A stretch of 64,000 bases of DNA from Thalassobaculaceae bacterium (GCA_965228875.1 OZ245843.1:1718616-1782615), one strand, 5' to 3'. Shown: positions 29,872 through 39,846, counted from the stretch's first letter. The notes: generated from the letters alone by a model not told the origin. A program made the numbers and translations.

Positions 29872-30345
29872 CTACTTCTCTTCCGGCAGCGCCGTGGCGA
29901 CCGACTTCACCATCTCGGTGATCCGCTTGCGCAGGTTCGGGTTCTTGATCGAGTAGTACGCGCGCACCAGTTCGAGGGTCTCACGACGGGCCATCGGGTC
30001 CGTCGGATTCTCCTCATACTCGTCGCGGGCCTGGCCGGACTTCATGCGGCGCGGGGAGTGCGCCATGGTCTCGTCCGACATATCGTCGAAGAAGAAGCTT
30101 ACCGGAACGTCCAGGATCTGCGCGATATCCCACAGCCGCGAGGAACTGATGCGGTTGCTGCCGCGCTCGTACTTCTGGACCTGCTGGAACGTGATGTTCA
30201 GCGCCTCGCCAAGCTGCTCCTGGCTCATGCCAAGCAACGTGCGACGCAGACGCACCCGACGGCCGACATGGACGTCGATCGGGTTGTTGTTCGTGATCTG
30301 ATAGTTAGGATCGTCACGACGTTTATCGAGTTTGGCTTTAGCCAT
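29872..30345 (-). CDS. XRE-family HTH transcriptional regulator (conserved alphaproteobacterial type)
   Basis: PIDVHVGRRVRLRR..GMSQEQLG..ITFQQVQKYERGSNR; RRETLELVRAY. Confidence 0.92.
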   Translation of the reverse strand: MAKAKLDKRRDDPNYQITNNNPIDVHVGRRVRLRRTLLGMSQEQLGEALNITFQQVQKYERGSNRISSSRLWDIAQILDVPVSFFFDDMSDETMAHSPRRMKSGQARDEYEENPTDPMARRETLELVRAYYSIKNPNLRKRITEMVKSVATALPEEK

Positions 30346-30778
30346 GGAGCTACTTCAACCTCCTTACCTTGAAACGGAAAGGTCGCTGCCCGACCGTCTC
30401 ACTTAAAGTGCAGTATGGGTTTCGCATCACCCTGTTGACAAGGCAATACACGTTTGAGGGACGCCCTGCTCCTACACGTTTCCAGCGAACGGGTCTCTGT
30501 TCTCACCGGCCCCACGAGACCCGGAACCCCGAAAACTTGTGGTGTCGGAATTCCTCCTGTCTATATCCTTCGATTGCAAGACCGGCAACAAATTTGAAAT
30601 GATTTTCATCCAAGCCGCCGGCCGGCTACCGATATACGTTGTATTACATGGATTTATTTATAACTAGTTAATTGCGAAAAAGATCGAATTCAACGAAAAT
30701 TCACGATGATAAAATGGTAAATCACCCGCAACATCAGCCGCTTCCCTGTCTCGTCCCTCTCCTAGGGTTGAGTATTGG

Positions 30779-31786
30779 TTAACGTTCGCTTGGGTGTACC
30801 GGATGGTCCCGAGGCGTCAAAAGGTAGCAGGCCGCCAATTGCGCGTAGGACTGGAAACGGTAGCCACCATTCCGATCAAGGATCGACTCTCGCCCGTCCT
30901 CGAAGACGCGGCGCAGCAGAAACCACGGCAGCCCGGGGCGCTCGTGATGCAGCGCGTGAAGGTTGTTGGAGAGGAACAGGAGCGCGAAAGCCCCCCCGGA
31001 CTCCACGATGACGGTCCGCGCCGACGGCAGCGGGTCAGGGCGATGCTCGGCAAACGTCCGGACCAGCAAGAGACCCATGGCGGGCCAGACCACCGTCAGA
31101 AGGTAGCCCCATAGCGGCATGCCGGCGGCCTCCAGGCCGACCGACAGGAGCGCGAACTGGGCGGCGTGAAGCCCAAGGGCCGGGAGCCGGCGCCCACCGA
31201 GAAGGTCGCCGGCATCGATCCGCACCGATTGGAGCAGCACCCATAGCGGCCCCAGAACCACCCGTCCGAGGAAGCAGTTCATCGCCAGACGCAACGCCCG
31301 CTCGCCCACGGACGCCCGCCGCCATTGCGCGGCCGTGACATACCAGCTCTCCGGGTCGTCGAGAGGATCGGTCAACCGCTCGTCGATGTGATGGGCGAGA
31401 TGACTGTCGCGGTAGCGGTCGAACGGCACGAGCAGAAGCAACGGCGGGCCGGCGATCAGCCGGTTCACCCAACCGAGGGGCGTCGGGTGGCCATGAATGA
31501 CTTCATGCTGAAGCGAGGCCTGCCAGGCGACGCACCAGGCGAGAAGCGGAGAGACCGCCCACCACGCTGCGATATCCGCCCCGACGAGGGCGATCGCCGC
31601 CGCGATGGGTCCGTAGACACCGCAGGCCACGGCGACCGTCGGCCATTCCACCCGGTCGGGCATCCGTACCCGCCGGAAGGTGACGGCGCAGGCAGGAGAG
31701 GCACCAGAAGGTGAAGCGACAGAAGGTGAAGCGACAGCGGGCCCATGGCCGGCGACGTCGGCGGCAACGCGATGAATTCTTTCCAT
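30779..31786 (-). CDS. Membrane fatty-acid-desaturase family di-iron enzyme
   Basis: His boxes QHEVIHGH, HLAHH, LHALHH; true start may be ATG 31663 (MPDRVEWPT). Confidence 0.85.
   Translation of the reverse strand: MERIHRVAADVAGHGPAVASPSVASPSGASPACAVTFRRVRMPDRVEWPTVAVACGVYGPIAAAIALVGADIAAWWAVSPLLAWCVAWQASLQHEVIHGHPTPLGWVNRLIAGPPLLLLVPFDRYRDSHLAHHIDERLTDPLDDPESWYVTAAQWRRASVGERALRLAMNCFLGRVVLGPLWVLLQSVRIDAGDLLGGRRLPALGLHAAQFALLSVGLEAAGMPLWGYLLTVVWPAMGLLLVRTFAEHRPDPLPSARTVIVESGGAFALLFLSNNLHALHHERPGLPWFLLRRVFEDGRESILDRNGGYRFQSYAQLAACYLLTPRDHPVHPSER
31705..31737. repeat. 15-bp tandem duplication
   Basis: CAGAAGGTGAAGCGA x2 plus CAG. Confidence 0.85.
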
Positions 31787-31880
31787 GCACCCAAGCTATG
31801 GCGTTGCCGCCTGTTGCCACAATTGAGCGTATGCGCCACTAATGTTGAGAATGACCCACTTCAAGAACGTTGTTTAGAAA

Positions 31881-32765
31881 ATGCAACAGTCATTGCCGTC
31901 GTACGACAAGCGAGACATGGCCCGGCTGTTCCGCGAGCGGCTGGAGACGGCGATGGAGCGGGCGGGTCTGTCGCGCTCGGCCGTCGCCCGTCGCATCGCG
32001 GTGGACCGCTCGACCCTGTCGCAGATTCTCTCCGATGATGGGGTGCGCCTGCCGCGGGCCGACACGGTGGCCGCCCTGGCGATGACGCTGCAGGTGTCGC
32101 TCGACTGGCTCCTCGGGCTCGCAGAAGAGGGCCAGTTCACCGCCGACATCATGGAACGGTCGCCGGAGATCAGCCCGCACAACCGCACCGAGGTCGACGA
32201 GAACCTGCTGCGGTGGCACGCCGAGGCGGCGGGATACAAGATCCGCTACGTACCGAGCAGCCTGCCGGACCAGGTGGCCATCCCCGAGGTGAGCGCCTTC
32301 GAGTACCTGGAGACCGGAGCCGAAAGCGCCGATCAGGCGATTCGCCGGTCGCGCGACCGCCTCGACTACGTCCGCCAGCCCGAGACCGACGTCGAAATCT
32401 GCACCTCGGTCCAGTCGCTGCGCGACTTCGCCGACGGCAGCGGCGTGTGGCGCGACCTGACCTTCGAGGTCCGGCGCAGACAGCTTACCCACATCGCCGA
32501 CCTGATCGACGAATTGTACCCGAGCGTGCGCTGGTATCTGTTCGACGGCGTACGCGACTACGCCATTCCGGTCACCATCTTCGGCCCCAAGCGGGCGGCG
32601 ATCTACGCCGGCAACATGTACATCGTCTTCACGACCACCGAGCATATCCGGGTTCTGACCCGACGTTTCGACGATCTGATCCGCCGGGCCGTGGTGCATG
32701 CCCACGAGATCCCGGCCTTCGCCCGCACACTGATCGACAGCATGGACTCCGGGAGACCCGCATGA
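31881..32765 (+). CDS. XRE-family HTH regulator with long C-terminal domain
   Basis: LSRSAVARRIAVDRSTLSQIL..LPRADT..VSLDWLLG; divergent from the desaturase. Confidence 0.88.
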   Translation: MQQSLPSYDKRDMARLFRERLETAMERAGLSRSAVARRIAVDRSTLSQILSDDGVRLPRADTVAALAMTLQVSLDWLLGLAEEGQFTADIMERSPEISPHNRTEVDENLLRWHAEAAGYKIRYVPSSLPDQVAIPEVSAFEYLETGAESADQAIRRSRDRLDYVRQPETDVEICTSVQSLRDFADGSGVWRDLTFEVRRRQLTHIADLIDELYPSVRWYLFDGVRDYAIPVTIFGPKRAAIYAGNMYIVFTTTEHIRVLTRRFDDLIRRAVVHAHEIPAFARTLIDSMDSGRPA

Positions 32766-33571
32766 CCGCCATCGCCGCCTTGACCATGTACGATCTGCCG
32801 GAGCTGCGGGCCGCCACGGACACGTGGTGGACCACCGTCGCCGGCCACCTCGCCGCCGCCGGCATCGCGGAGGTCCCCAACGCTCTCACCCGTGGCCGCC
32901 CGGTGGCCGAGAACTGGCGGGACCCGGGTCTGCTGCTGACACAGACTTGCGGCTACCCCCTCACCCACAGCCATGCCGATGACCTGACGGCGATCGCCGC
33001 CCCTGACTATCGGGCGGAAGGCTGCGGCGGCGGCTTCTACAGCAGCGCCTTCCTGGTGCGCGGCGACGATCCGGCGGAAACGCTGGGCGATCTTCGCGGA
33101 CGCCGGGCGGCCGCAAACGGCCCCGACAGCCAGTCCGGCTGCAACGTGCTCCGCGCCGCCGTCGCCCCCCTGGCAGACGGCGCCAGCTTCTTCGGACAGG
33201 TGACGTGGAGTGGCGCCCACCGGCAGAGCCTCGCGCTGGTTCGAGACGGCGAGGCCGACATCGCGGCGATCGACGGGGTGACCTTCGCGCTGGTCGGCGA
33301 CGTCGCCCCGAAGGAGGTCGAAGGCCTGCGGGTGCTGGGATGGAGCGCGAGAACGCCGGCGCTCCCCTACGCCGTCCGCAGGACGCTTGACGCCGTCACC
33401 CGCGACCGGGTCCGCGCCGCGTTGTATGCCGCCGCGGACGACCCCGCCGGTGCCGCCGCGCGTCGCACCCTCAGGCTCGACGGGTTCCGCGCAATGGACG
33501 ATGGCGACTACGCAGTGATGGTGGAGATGCGGCACACCGCCGAGCGGCTGGGCTATCCGGAACTGGCGTGA
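32762..33571 (+). CDS. PhnD/SsuA-like substrate-binding-fold protein lacking a signal peptide
   Basis: QTCGYP, YSSAFLV, NGPDSQSG, SGAHRQS, ADIAAID; ATGA overlap with the regulator. Confidence 0.82.
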   Translation: MTAIAALTMYDLPELRAATDTWWTTVAGHLAAAGIAEVPNALTRGRPVAENWRDPGLLLTQTCGYPLTHSHADDLTAIAAPDYRAEGCGGGFYSSAFLVRGDDPAETLGDLRGRRAAANGPDSQSGCNVLRAAVAPLADGASFFGQVTWSGAHRQSLALVRDGEADIAAIDGVTFALVGDVAPKEVEGLRVLGWSARTPALPYAVRRTLDAVTRDRVRAALYAAADDPAGAAARRTLRLDGFRAMDDGDYAVMVEMRHTAERLGYPELA

Positions 33572-33574
33572 AGG

Positions 33575-34756
33575 TCAGCGCGCAGCCAGGATCGCGCGGG
33601 CGAGGTCGAGCAGTTCGTCATCGTCGGGGCGGACCGCGTTGTTGTCGATCATCGGCCGGTTCTCCGGTGCCATGGCGATTGTGACCAGACGGGGCGCGTC
33701 CCGCTCGCTCAGCGGTGTATCGTCAAGCGAGACCGGCAGTCCGACGGCACGCACCAGGGCCTCGAACCGCTCGGCCCCGGCCAGGGCAAGCTCGGTCGTA
33801 TCCGCGGTCGAGCGCGGGTCGATGCCGAGCGCCGTCGCCACCGGGGCATAGAGATCGGGCCGCCGGACCGCGGACCAGGGCAGGGTCACCCGCATGGACA
33901 GCGCCACCGCCCGGCCGTGATGGACGTGGGCGAGGGTGCCGAGCGCGTGACCGAAGGCATGGGCGATACCGGTGCCGCAGGCGTCGATCGCGACACCCGC
34001 CAGGGCCGAGCCGAGCGCCATGCGACCGCGCGCCTCGACGTCGCCGGGCGCCGCCACCGCCCGCTCCAGGTTGGCCGCGACCAGGGCGACTGCCTGCAGC
34101 GCCATGCCGGCCACTACCGGGGTCGAGCGGACATGGGTATAGGCCTCGATCGCGTGCACGAGGGCGTCGAGGCCGGTCGCCGCCGTCAGCGGCGCCGGCA
34201 GGCCGAGCGTCATCGCCGGGTCCAGAATGGACAGATCGGCCTTGAGGCGGCTGCCCCAGGCCCAGACCTTGCGCCCGCCGTCGAGGCCGTAGACCGACGT
34301 CCGGGTCATCTCGGCGCCGGTGCCCGATGTCGTGGGAATGAGGATCTTCGGGATCGACCGGTTCGGCAGCGGCGTCGCAAGGACGGCATAGGCCGATGCG
34401 GGCGCATCGGACACGGCAACCGAGGCCGCCAGCTTGGCGACGTCGAGCGCCGATCCGCCGCCGATCCCCAGTATCAGGTCCGCGCGATGCGTACGGGCGC
34501 GCAGCGACGCCGCGTCGATCGACGCCGCCGTCGGGTCGCTTTCGATCTCGTCGAAGAGTTCCACCGCCATGCCGGCCGCGGCAAGACGCTTGGACACGGC
34601 ACCGGGGATACCGGTGGCGACCACGCCGGGATCGGTGACCAGCAGGATCCGTGCGCCCGGCCCGCACAGCGTCGCCACGTCCTCCGGGAGGGCGCCAACC
34701 CTGTCGAGCCCGTAGCTCATGGCCGGGCTCGGCTCATGGGTGAAAGCGGACAGCAT
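33575..34756 (-). CDS. Iron-containing alcohol dehydrogenase
   Basis: GIGGGSALDVAK, PTTSGTGAE, DALVHAIE, AHAFGH, HHG; GGAGG RBS. Confidence 0.92.
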   Translation of the reverse strand: MLSAFTHEPSPAMSYGLDRVGALPEDVATLCGPGARILLVTDPGVVATGIPGAVSKRLAAAGMAVELFDEIESDPTAASIDAASLRARTHRADLILGIGGGSALDVAKLAASVAVSDAPASAYAVLATPLPNRSIPKILIPTTSGTGAEMTRTSVYGLDGGRKVWAWGSRLKADLSILDPAMTLGLPAPLTAATGLDALVHAIEAYTHVRSTPVVAGMALQAVALVAANLERAVAAPGDVEARGRMALGSALAGVAIDACGTGIAHAFGHALGTLAHVHHGRAVALSMRVTLPWSAVRRPDLYAPVATALGIDPRSTADTTELALAGAERFEALVRAVGLPVSLDDTPLSERDAPRLVTIAMAPENRPMIDNNAVRPDDDELLDLARAILAAR

Positions 34757-34958
34757 CAGCAACCTCCGTCGAAAGCGCGAGCGCGCAGCATCTCCGATCC
34801 GCGCTCCAACGTCGCGTCGAAAACCGGCACGCGAGGTCGGTTTTCCGCCCCAACAGTCATCGCGACCGCTCGCAGGATCCGGGAACCGGGCGTCGTGAAC
34901 GTTGCGGGCCGCGCCCGAGCCTGCGACCTTCGCGGATCAACCGCCAGGGGCGCTTGCC

Positions 34959-35501
34959 ATGACCGGACGATTGACCGCCGCCGTTGCCGGGCTGATCGCC
35001 CTGATCATCGCGCTCGCACCGGCCGGGCCGGCCCGCGCCGCCGAGACGACGGTCGTGATCGCCGGTGGCGAAGCGGCATCGCCACGCCGGGCCGATCTCC
35101 CTGTGTGGCGGCGGACACTCTACAAGACGGTCACCTACCAGGCCGCCGCGAACGCCGCCGACCTCCTCGCCTTCGAGCTGCTGATCGGCGGGACCGCCGC
35201 CACGACCGCCGGGTTCCTCGCGTTGAACGCCGTCTCCGCCGCCGGCCTCTACTATGGCTTCGAGTACCTCTGGCAAACGATCGGCCCGCCGCTGGAGGAG
35301 ACGACGGAACAGACCGTACTGGAGAAGACGGTGCTCTACCGGTTCGTCAACATCGGCCGGAACTTCGCGCTCGGCTACGGGTTCGGCGGGGGTGCCACGT
35401 CGGCGGCGGCCTTCGGCGCGGCGAACCTCGTCTACGACACCGGCATCTTCGTCACCAACGAATACGTCTGGGACATCCTGCGGCCTCAGCGGAGTTCCTA
35501 G
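34959..35501 (+). CDS. Membrane protein with tandem DUF2061-like repeats
   Basis: Signal peptide; two repeats (RTLYKTVTYQ...YGFEYLW and VLEKTVLYR...VTNEYVW). Confidence 0.6.
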   Translation: MTGRLTAAVAGLIALIIALAPAGPARAAETTVVIAGGEAASPRRADLPVWRRTLYKTVTYQAAANAADLLAFELLIGGTAATTAGFLALNAVSAAGLYYGFEYLWQTIGPPLEETTEQTVLEKTVLYRFVNIGRNFALGYGFGGGATSAAAFGAANLVYDTGIFVTNEYVWDILRPQRSS

Positions 35502-36409
35502 AGTGGCTCGGCCGTGCCGTTGCGGAGGGCGGCGATGCGTTCTCCATGGAACGGGGCGTAGCCGGCCGCCTCGACCTTGCGGGCGCCGCGCATCAGCTCT
35601 CCGTAGGCCGGCAGCGCATGGAACGGAATGCCCGGGTTGGCGTGATGCTCGGCGTGATACGGCATGTTCCAGGCGAGCCAGCGGACCGGTGCGACACTGA
35701 CGACGGAGCGGGTGTTCGCCCACATGTCCTTCACCGCCGGGCAGCCCCAGTGTTCCGAGAGGAGATAGGCGCGCAGGAAAGGCTGACCCAGCAGGGCGGG
35801 GCCGATCCAGAGCACCAGAACGGGGCGCGGATCCGTCGCCGCCGAAACGACGGCGATCGCGGCGTACAGCAGCAGATAGACCCTGGCCTCCGCGATCGAC
35901 CGGCGGCGAGAACGCGGATCGATGAACGCGCCCGGCGTCCGACCAAGCGCGCGCCCGATCAGCCCCTGGACCATCCTCAGCCAATACTCGACGCCGGTGA
36001 GGAGATAGACGTACCGCCAGAAGGTCGTCGGTTTCGGGCTGGCCAGTTCGGGGTCGCGTTCGGGATCCTGGGTGAACCGGTGATGCGCCATGTGGAACGC
36101 CGTGAACCAGCGCGGCGGCAGCAGCAGAAGGAAACCGCAGAGATCCGCCACCGCCTTGTTGATCCACGGCGTCGCGAACGCGGTGCGGTGAACGCTCTCG
36201 TGCAGGGGCGGGAACAGGAAGACCAGCAGTAGGCCGTGCGCGGTCATGGCGGCGACCAGCCAAACGCCCTGAAGCCACAGGCATAGCGCTCCGGTTGCGG
36301 CCATAAACCCGAGATGCACGGCGAGGTGACGCAGCCCCGGGCCGTTTGCCCGTGCAGTCAACCGCCGGATGGTGTCGATATCTGTTTGATCTGTCGGCCC
36401 TTCTGACAT
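35498..36409 (-). CDS. Fatty-acid-desaturase family enzyme (MocD-like)
   Basis: His boxes HESVHRTAF, HMAHHRFT, WNMPYHAEHH. Confidence 0.88.
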   Translation of the reverse strand: MSEGPTDQTDIDTIRRLTARANGPGLRHLAVHLGFMAATGALCLWLQGVWLVAAMTAHGLLLVFLFPPLHESVHRTAFATPWINKAVADLCGFLLLLPPRWFTAFHMAHHRFTQDPERDPELASPKPTTFWRYVYLLTGVEYWLRMVQGLIGRALGRTPGAFIDPRSRRRSIAEARVYLLLYAAIAVVSAATDPRPVLVLWIGPALLGQPFLRAYLLSEHWGCPAVKDMWANTRSVVSVAPVRWLAWNMPYHAEHHANPGIPFHALPAYGELMRGARKVEAAGYAPFHGERIAALRNGTAEPL

Positions 36410-36490
36410 CGGGCAACCTTTCGCTAACCAAAATTTTTGCGTCGCAGTATGGAAAAGGCCTTGCAATGCCTATCCCAGGCGATCATATTT

Positions 36491-36503
36491 TGCAGTGCAG
36501 CAT
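36491..36503 (+). promoter_or_regulatory. PhaR/AniA-type TGC..GCA motif upstream of the sRNA
   Basis: TGCAGTGCAGCAT immediately 5' of the sRNA candidate. Confidence 0.45.
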
Positions 36504-36507
36504 GACT

Positions 36508-36583
36508 GCCCAACATGCTGTGTACACTTCTTGGGCGTTTCCTCCCTTAACTCGGGCCGCGCATGTCGCGGCCCCTTTTTTTT
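36508..36583 (+). ncRNA. mmgR: MmgR / suhB (alpha-r8) family small RNA
   Basis: CTTCTTGGGCGTTTCCTCCCT core with anti-SD decamer TTTCCTCCCT at 36538-36547, then GGGCCGCG/CGCGGCCC hairpin and T8; intergenic; 5' end approximate. Confidence 0.75.
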
Positions 36584-36790
36584 GTGCCGCGCGCGGACCC
36601 CAGCCTGACCGAGGCGGTCGTTTCCGTCCAGTGCGGCAGCGCTTGCCGGGTCGGTCCCGGCAATTCCTACCTCGGCACCCGGCCGCGTTGTCTGTTTTTA
36701 TTAATTTTCAGCATGTTAGCGGGGTCCAAACGTCTGGCCCGGCACTTGCGATGCCTTCCGCGAACACGATCCAAGCGCGGGAGAGGCACA

Positions 36791-37315
36791 ATGCGCAACA
36801 TCGACCCCATCCAGTTCGACGTCTCCAACGACGAGGCTGTCGCCCTGCAGACCCCCCTGGACCGGCGCACGCCGATGCAGAGCGCGGTGACTCTGTGCGG
36901 CCGCGCCGCCGGCCCGATCCAGCTCGACACCGTCTTCGGCGTCGCCAACGAGAATGCTCCGACGGCCGAGGGGATGCTGTTCAATCAGCTGCCCGAGACG
37001 ATCCGCAGCGCCGTCGACGAGTGGGCCATGCACCTCTCGGCCCGGCCCTGGCGCTTCCGCCGCGAGGCCATGACGCGCTTCGCCCAGGTCTTCGCAGAAC
37101 AGTTCCGACGGCACATGGACGACATGTCCGAGGACGAATTCGAAGGTTTGAAGGAGGTCGGATACACCTGCCTGCTCGAGCGGCTCGACGACGGTCGGAA
37201 GATCGATAGCCTGCACCAGGCGCGGATCTACCTCGACAGCGTTCACGACCATCACCGCGAGGCCGCCCGGCACTTCCTCAACAGCCAGGCGCCGCGCGCC
37301 ATCGGCCACGCCTGA
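36791..37315 (+). CDS. Hypothetical protein (174 aa)
   Basis: GAGAGG RBS, high-GC3 codon usage, downstream terminator. Confidence 0.7.
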   Translation: MRNIDPIQFDVSNDEAVALQTPLDRRTPMQSAVTLCGRAAGPIQLDTVFGVANENAPTAEGMLFNQLPETIRSAVDEWAMHLSARPWRFRREAMTRFAQVFAEQFRRHMDDMSEDEFEGLKEVGYTCLLERLDDGRKIDSLHQARIYLDSVHDHHREAARHFLNSQAPRAIGHA

Positions 37316-37400
37316 GCCCGCCCTCGGGCGACGCTTCCTCCGATTTTCCTCCGCCGTCGGGAGGACCCCTGTCCAAGACGGCACTCTCTCCCCTCACCTC

Positions 37401-37432
37401 GCCCGCTCCCTGACCGGAGCGGGCTTTTTTCT
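37401..37432 (+). terminator. Intrinsic terminator
   Basis: GCCCGCTCC-ctgacc-GGAGCGGGC followed by T6. Confidence 0.8.
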
Positions 37433-37477
37433 GTTCGACGCGCGCGGCCCGGCAACCACGCCCGGACGGAGAGCGCG

Positions 37478-38749
37478 CTATGCCCGGACCGCGGTCCCCG
37501 ACGCCGCGGCCGGGCGCGGCAGCGCCAGGGTGAAGGCCACCGCCAGCGCCAGCAGGGCACTCGAGGCGAGAAGCGCCCCGGGCAGGCCGGCGACCTGGTA
37601 GAGCAGCCCGGAGAGGAAGGTCCCCGCGAACCGGCCGATCGCGTTGGCCATGTAGTAGAAGCCAACGTTGAGCGCGATCCTGTCCGCATCGGAATAGGCG
37701 ACGATCAGGTACGAGTGCAGCGAGGAGTTCATCGCGAAGACCACGCCGAAGACCAGCAGGCCGCCGACCAGCACAGGGACCTGCAGAGCGGCAAGGTCGA
37801 TCCGGGTTCCGCCCGAGGCGATGAGGTCCGTCGCCGCCGGGATGAAGGGCAGGGCGATGAGAACCGGCAGGACCATCAGCACCGCGCCCCAGCGCTTCGC
37901 CAGACCCGGCGCGCGCCCGGCGGCGCCGGACCCGAGCAGGCGCGGCACGCCGGCCTGGACCACGCCGTAGCCGATCACCCAGAGAGCCATGAAGGCGCCG
38001 ACCCGGTCGAAACTCCAGCCGAGCTGATCGTAGAGAAAGATCGGGACACCCACGACAAACCACACATCCCGAGAGGCGAACAGGAAGATCCTCGCCGCCG
38101 ACAGCAGGTTGATCTCGCGGCTCTTGGCGAACAGGTCCCGGCCCCGGATCTTCTGCTTGGCCCGGCCGAGATCGGCGCGGACCATCACCAGAGCGGCGGC
38201 AAGGACCAGCGCCAGCCCGGCGGCCATGACCCACAGCGCCCAGACGAAGCCCAGCGTCTGCAGCATCACGCCACCAAGCAGGAACCCGACGCCCTTGAGG
38301 GCGTTCTTCGAGCCGGTGAGAACCGCCACCCACTTGAACAGCCCGCCCTGATCGCCGGCCGCCACCACCAGCTTCACCGCGGATTTGGAGCTCATCTTCG
38401 TGAGATCCTTGGCGATGCCGGACAAAGCCTGGGCCGCCATGACGTAGACGACGGAGACCGCCGCGACCCAGGCGGGGTCGAGCAGCGAGAGCATCGTCAG
38501 GGCGACGATCTGCGTCGCCAGCCCGGCAAACAGCGTGATGCGCAGCCCGAACCGTGCGCCGACCCATCCACCGAGAAAATTGGTGACCACCCCCATCGCC
38601 TCGTACAGGAGGAACAGCATGGCGATGTCGAGGGGCGCGTAACCAAGCCGGTGGAAATGCAGCAGCACCAGCATGCGCAGCGCACCATCGGTCAGCGTGA
38701 ACCCCCAATAGGCGGCGGTGACCGTTGCGTAGTCCCTGAGACTGGTCAT
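37478..38749 (-). CDS. arsJ: Organoarsenical efflux MFS permease ArsJ
   Basis: YWGFTLTDGALRMLVL, SGIAKDLTKMSSKSAVK, LTGSKNALKG, FASRDVWFVV, VGFYYMANA; downstream of a dedicated GAPDH. Confidence 0.92.
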   Translation of the reverse strand: MTSLRDYATVTAAYWGFTLTDGALRMLVLLHFHRLGYAPLDIAMLFLLYEAMGVVTNFLGGWVGARFGLRITLFAGLATQIVALTMLSLLDPAWVAAVSVVYVMAAQALSGIAKDLTKMSSKSAVKLVVAAGDQGGLFKWVAVLTGSKNALKGVGFLLGGVMLQTLGFVWALWVMAAGLALVLAAALVMVRADLGRAKQKIRGRDLFAKSREINLLSAARIFLFASRDVWFVVGVPIFLYDQLGWSFDRVGAFMALWVIGYGVVQAGVPRLLGSGAAGRAPGLAKRWGAVLMVLPVLIALPFIPAATDLIASGGTRIDLAALQVPVLVGGLLVFGVVFAMNSSLHSYLIVAYSDADRIALNVGFYYMANAIGRFAGTFLSGLLYQVAGLPGALLASSALLALAVAFTLALPRPAAASGTAVRA

Positions 38750-38761
38750 GGCCGGTCCGCC

Positions 38762-39775
38762 CTACGCCAGCGACCTGGCGACCTTGGCGGTGAGTTCCAT
38801 CATGCGGTTCATGTAGCCCCACTCGTTGTCGTACCAGGCGTAGACCTTCACCATGCGTCGGTCGACGACCATGGTGGATTGGGCGTCGACGATCGCTGAC
38901 CGCGGATCGTTGACGAAATCGACCGAGACCAGCGCGCGTTCCTCGAAGCCGAGGATGCCCGCCAACTCCCCTTGCGCCGCGGACCGGAACAGGTCGTTCA
39001 CCTCCTCCGCCGTGGTGTCGCGGGAGACCTCGAACACACAGTCGGTGAGCGAGGCGTTCAGCAGCGGCACCCGGACCGCGTGGCCGTTCAGTTTCCCCTT
39101 CAGTTCCGGGTAGATCATCGTGATCGCCGTCGCTGACCCCGTGGTGGTCGGAATCAGGGAGTTCAGCGCGGAACGGGCGCGGCGCAGATCCTTCTTTGGC
39201 CTGTCCACGAGCACCTGCGTGTTGGTGATGTCGTGGATCGTGGTCATCGTCCCGCGCTCGATCCCAAGGGACTCGTGAAGAACCTTCACGACCGGGGCGA
39301 GGCAGTTGGTCGTGCACGACGCGGCGGTCACGACATCGTGCCGGGCCGGATCGTAGAGGCCGTCGTTCACCCCCATGACGACGTTCAGGACCCCCGGATC
39401 CTTGACCGGGGCCGAAACGATCACCTTTCTGATTCCGCGATCGAAATACGGACGAAGGCTGTCCACGGTCTTGAAGCGGCCCGTGCACTCCAGCACGACG
39501 TCGACGGTTTCGCCGTTCCACGACAGCGCGGCCGGAGAGCCGTCCGCGGACAGCGGAATGCGCCGTCCGCCGACGACGACCGCCTCCCCATCCGCCGCAA
39601 CCGGCACATCCCACCGGCCATGAACGCTGTCGAACTCCAGCAGGTGGGCGACAACCTCGGCGTCGCCGCCGGTCTCGTTCATGGCGACGATCTCGTAGTC
39701 GGGATCACCGAACCCGGCGCGCACGCCGAGCAGACCCATACGCCCGATGCCGTTGATCGCGACGCGAGCGACCAT
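38762..39775 (-). CDS. gap: ArsJ-associated glyceraldehyde-3-phosphate dehydrogenase
   Basis: [37 protein letters not shown]; coupled to arsJ. Confidence 0.93.
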   Translation of the reverse strand: MVARVAINGIGRMGLLGVRAGFGDPDYEIVAMNETGGDAEVVAHLLEFDSVHGRWDVPVAADGEAVVVGGRRIPLSADGSPAALSWNGETVDVVLECTGRFKTVDSLRPYFDRGIRKVIVSAPVKDPGVLNVVMGVNDGLYDPARHDVVTAASCTTNCLAPVVKVLHESLGIERGTMTTIHDITNTQVLVDRPKKDLRRARSALNSLIPTTTGSATAITMIYPELKGKLNGHAVRVPLLNASLTDCVFEVSRDTTAEEVNDLFRSAAQGELAGILGFEERALVSVDFVNDPRSAIVDAQSTMVVDRRMVKVYAWYDNEWGYMNRMMELTAKVARSLA

Positions 39776-39846
39776 GTCGTCTCTCCTTGGTTGATCGTCG
39801 AGAATGCGTGCCGAGAGGCCGCAGTTTGGTCTGGACAGGCTCTTTT

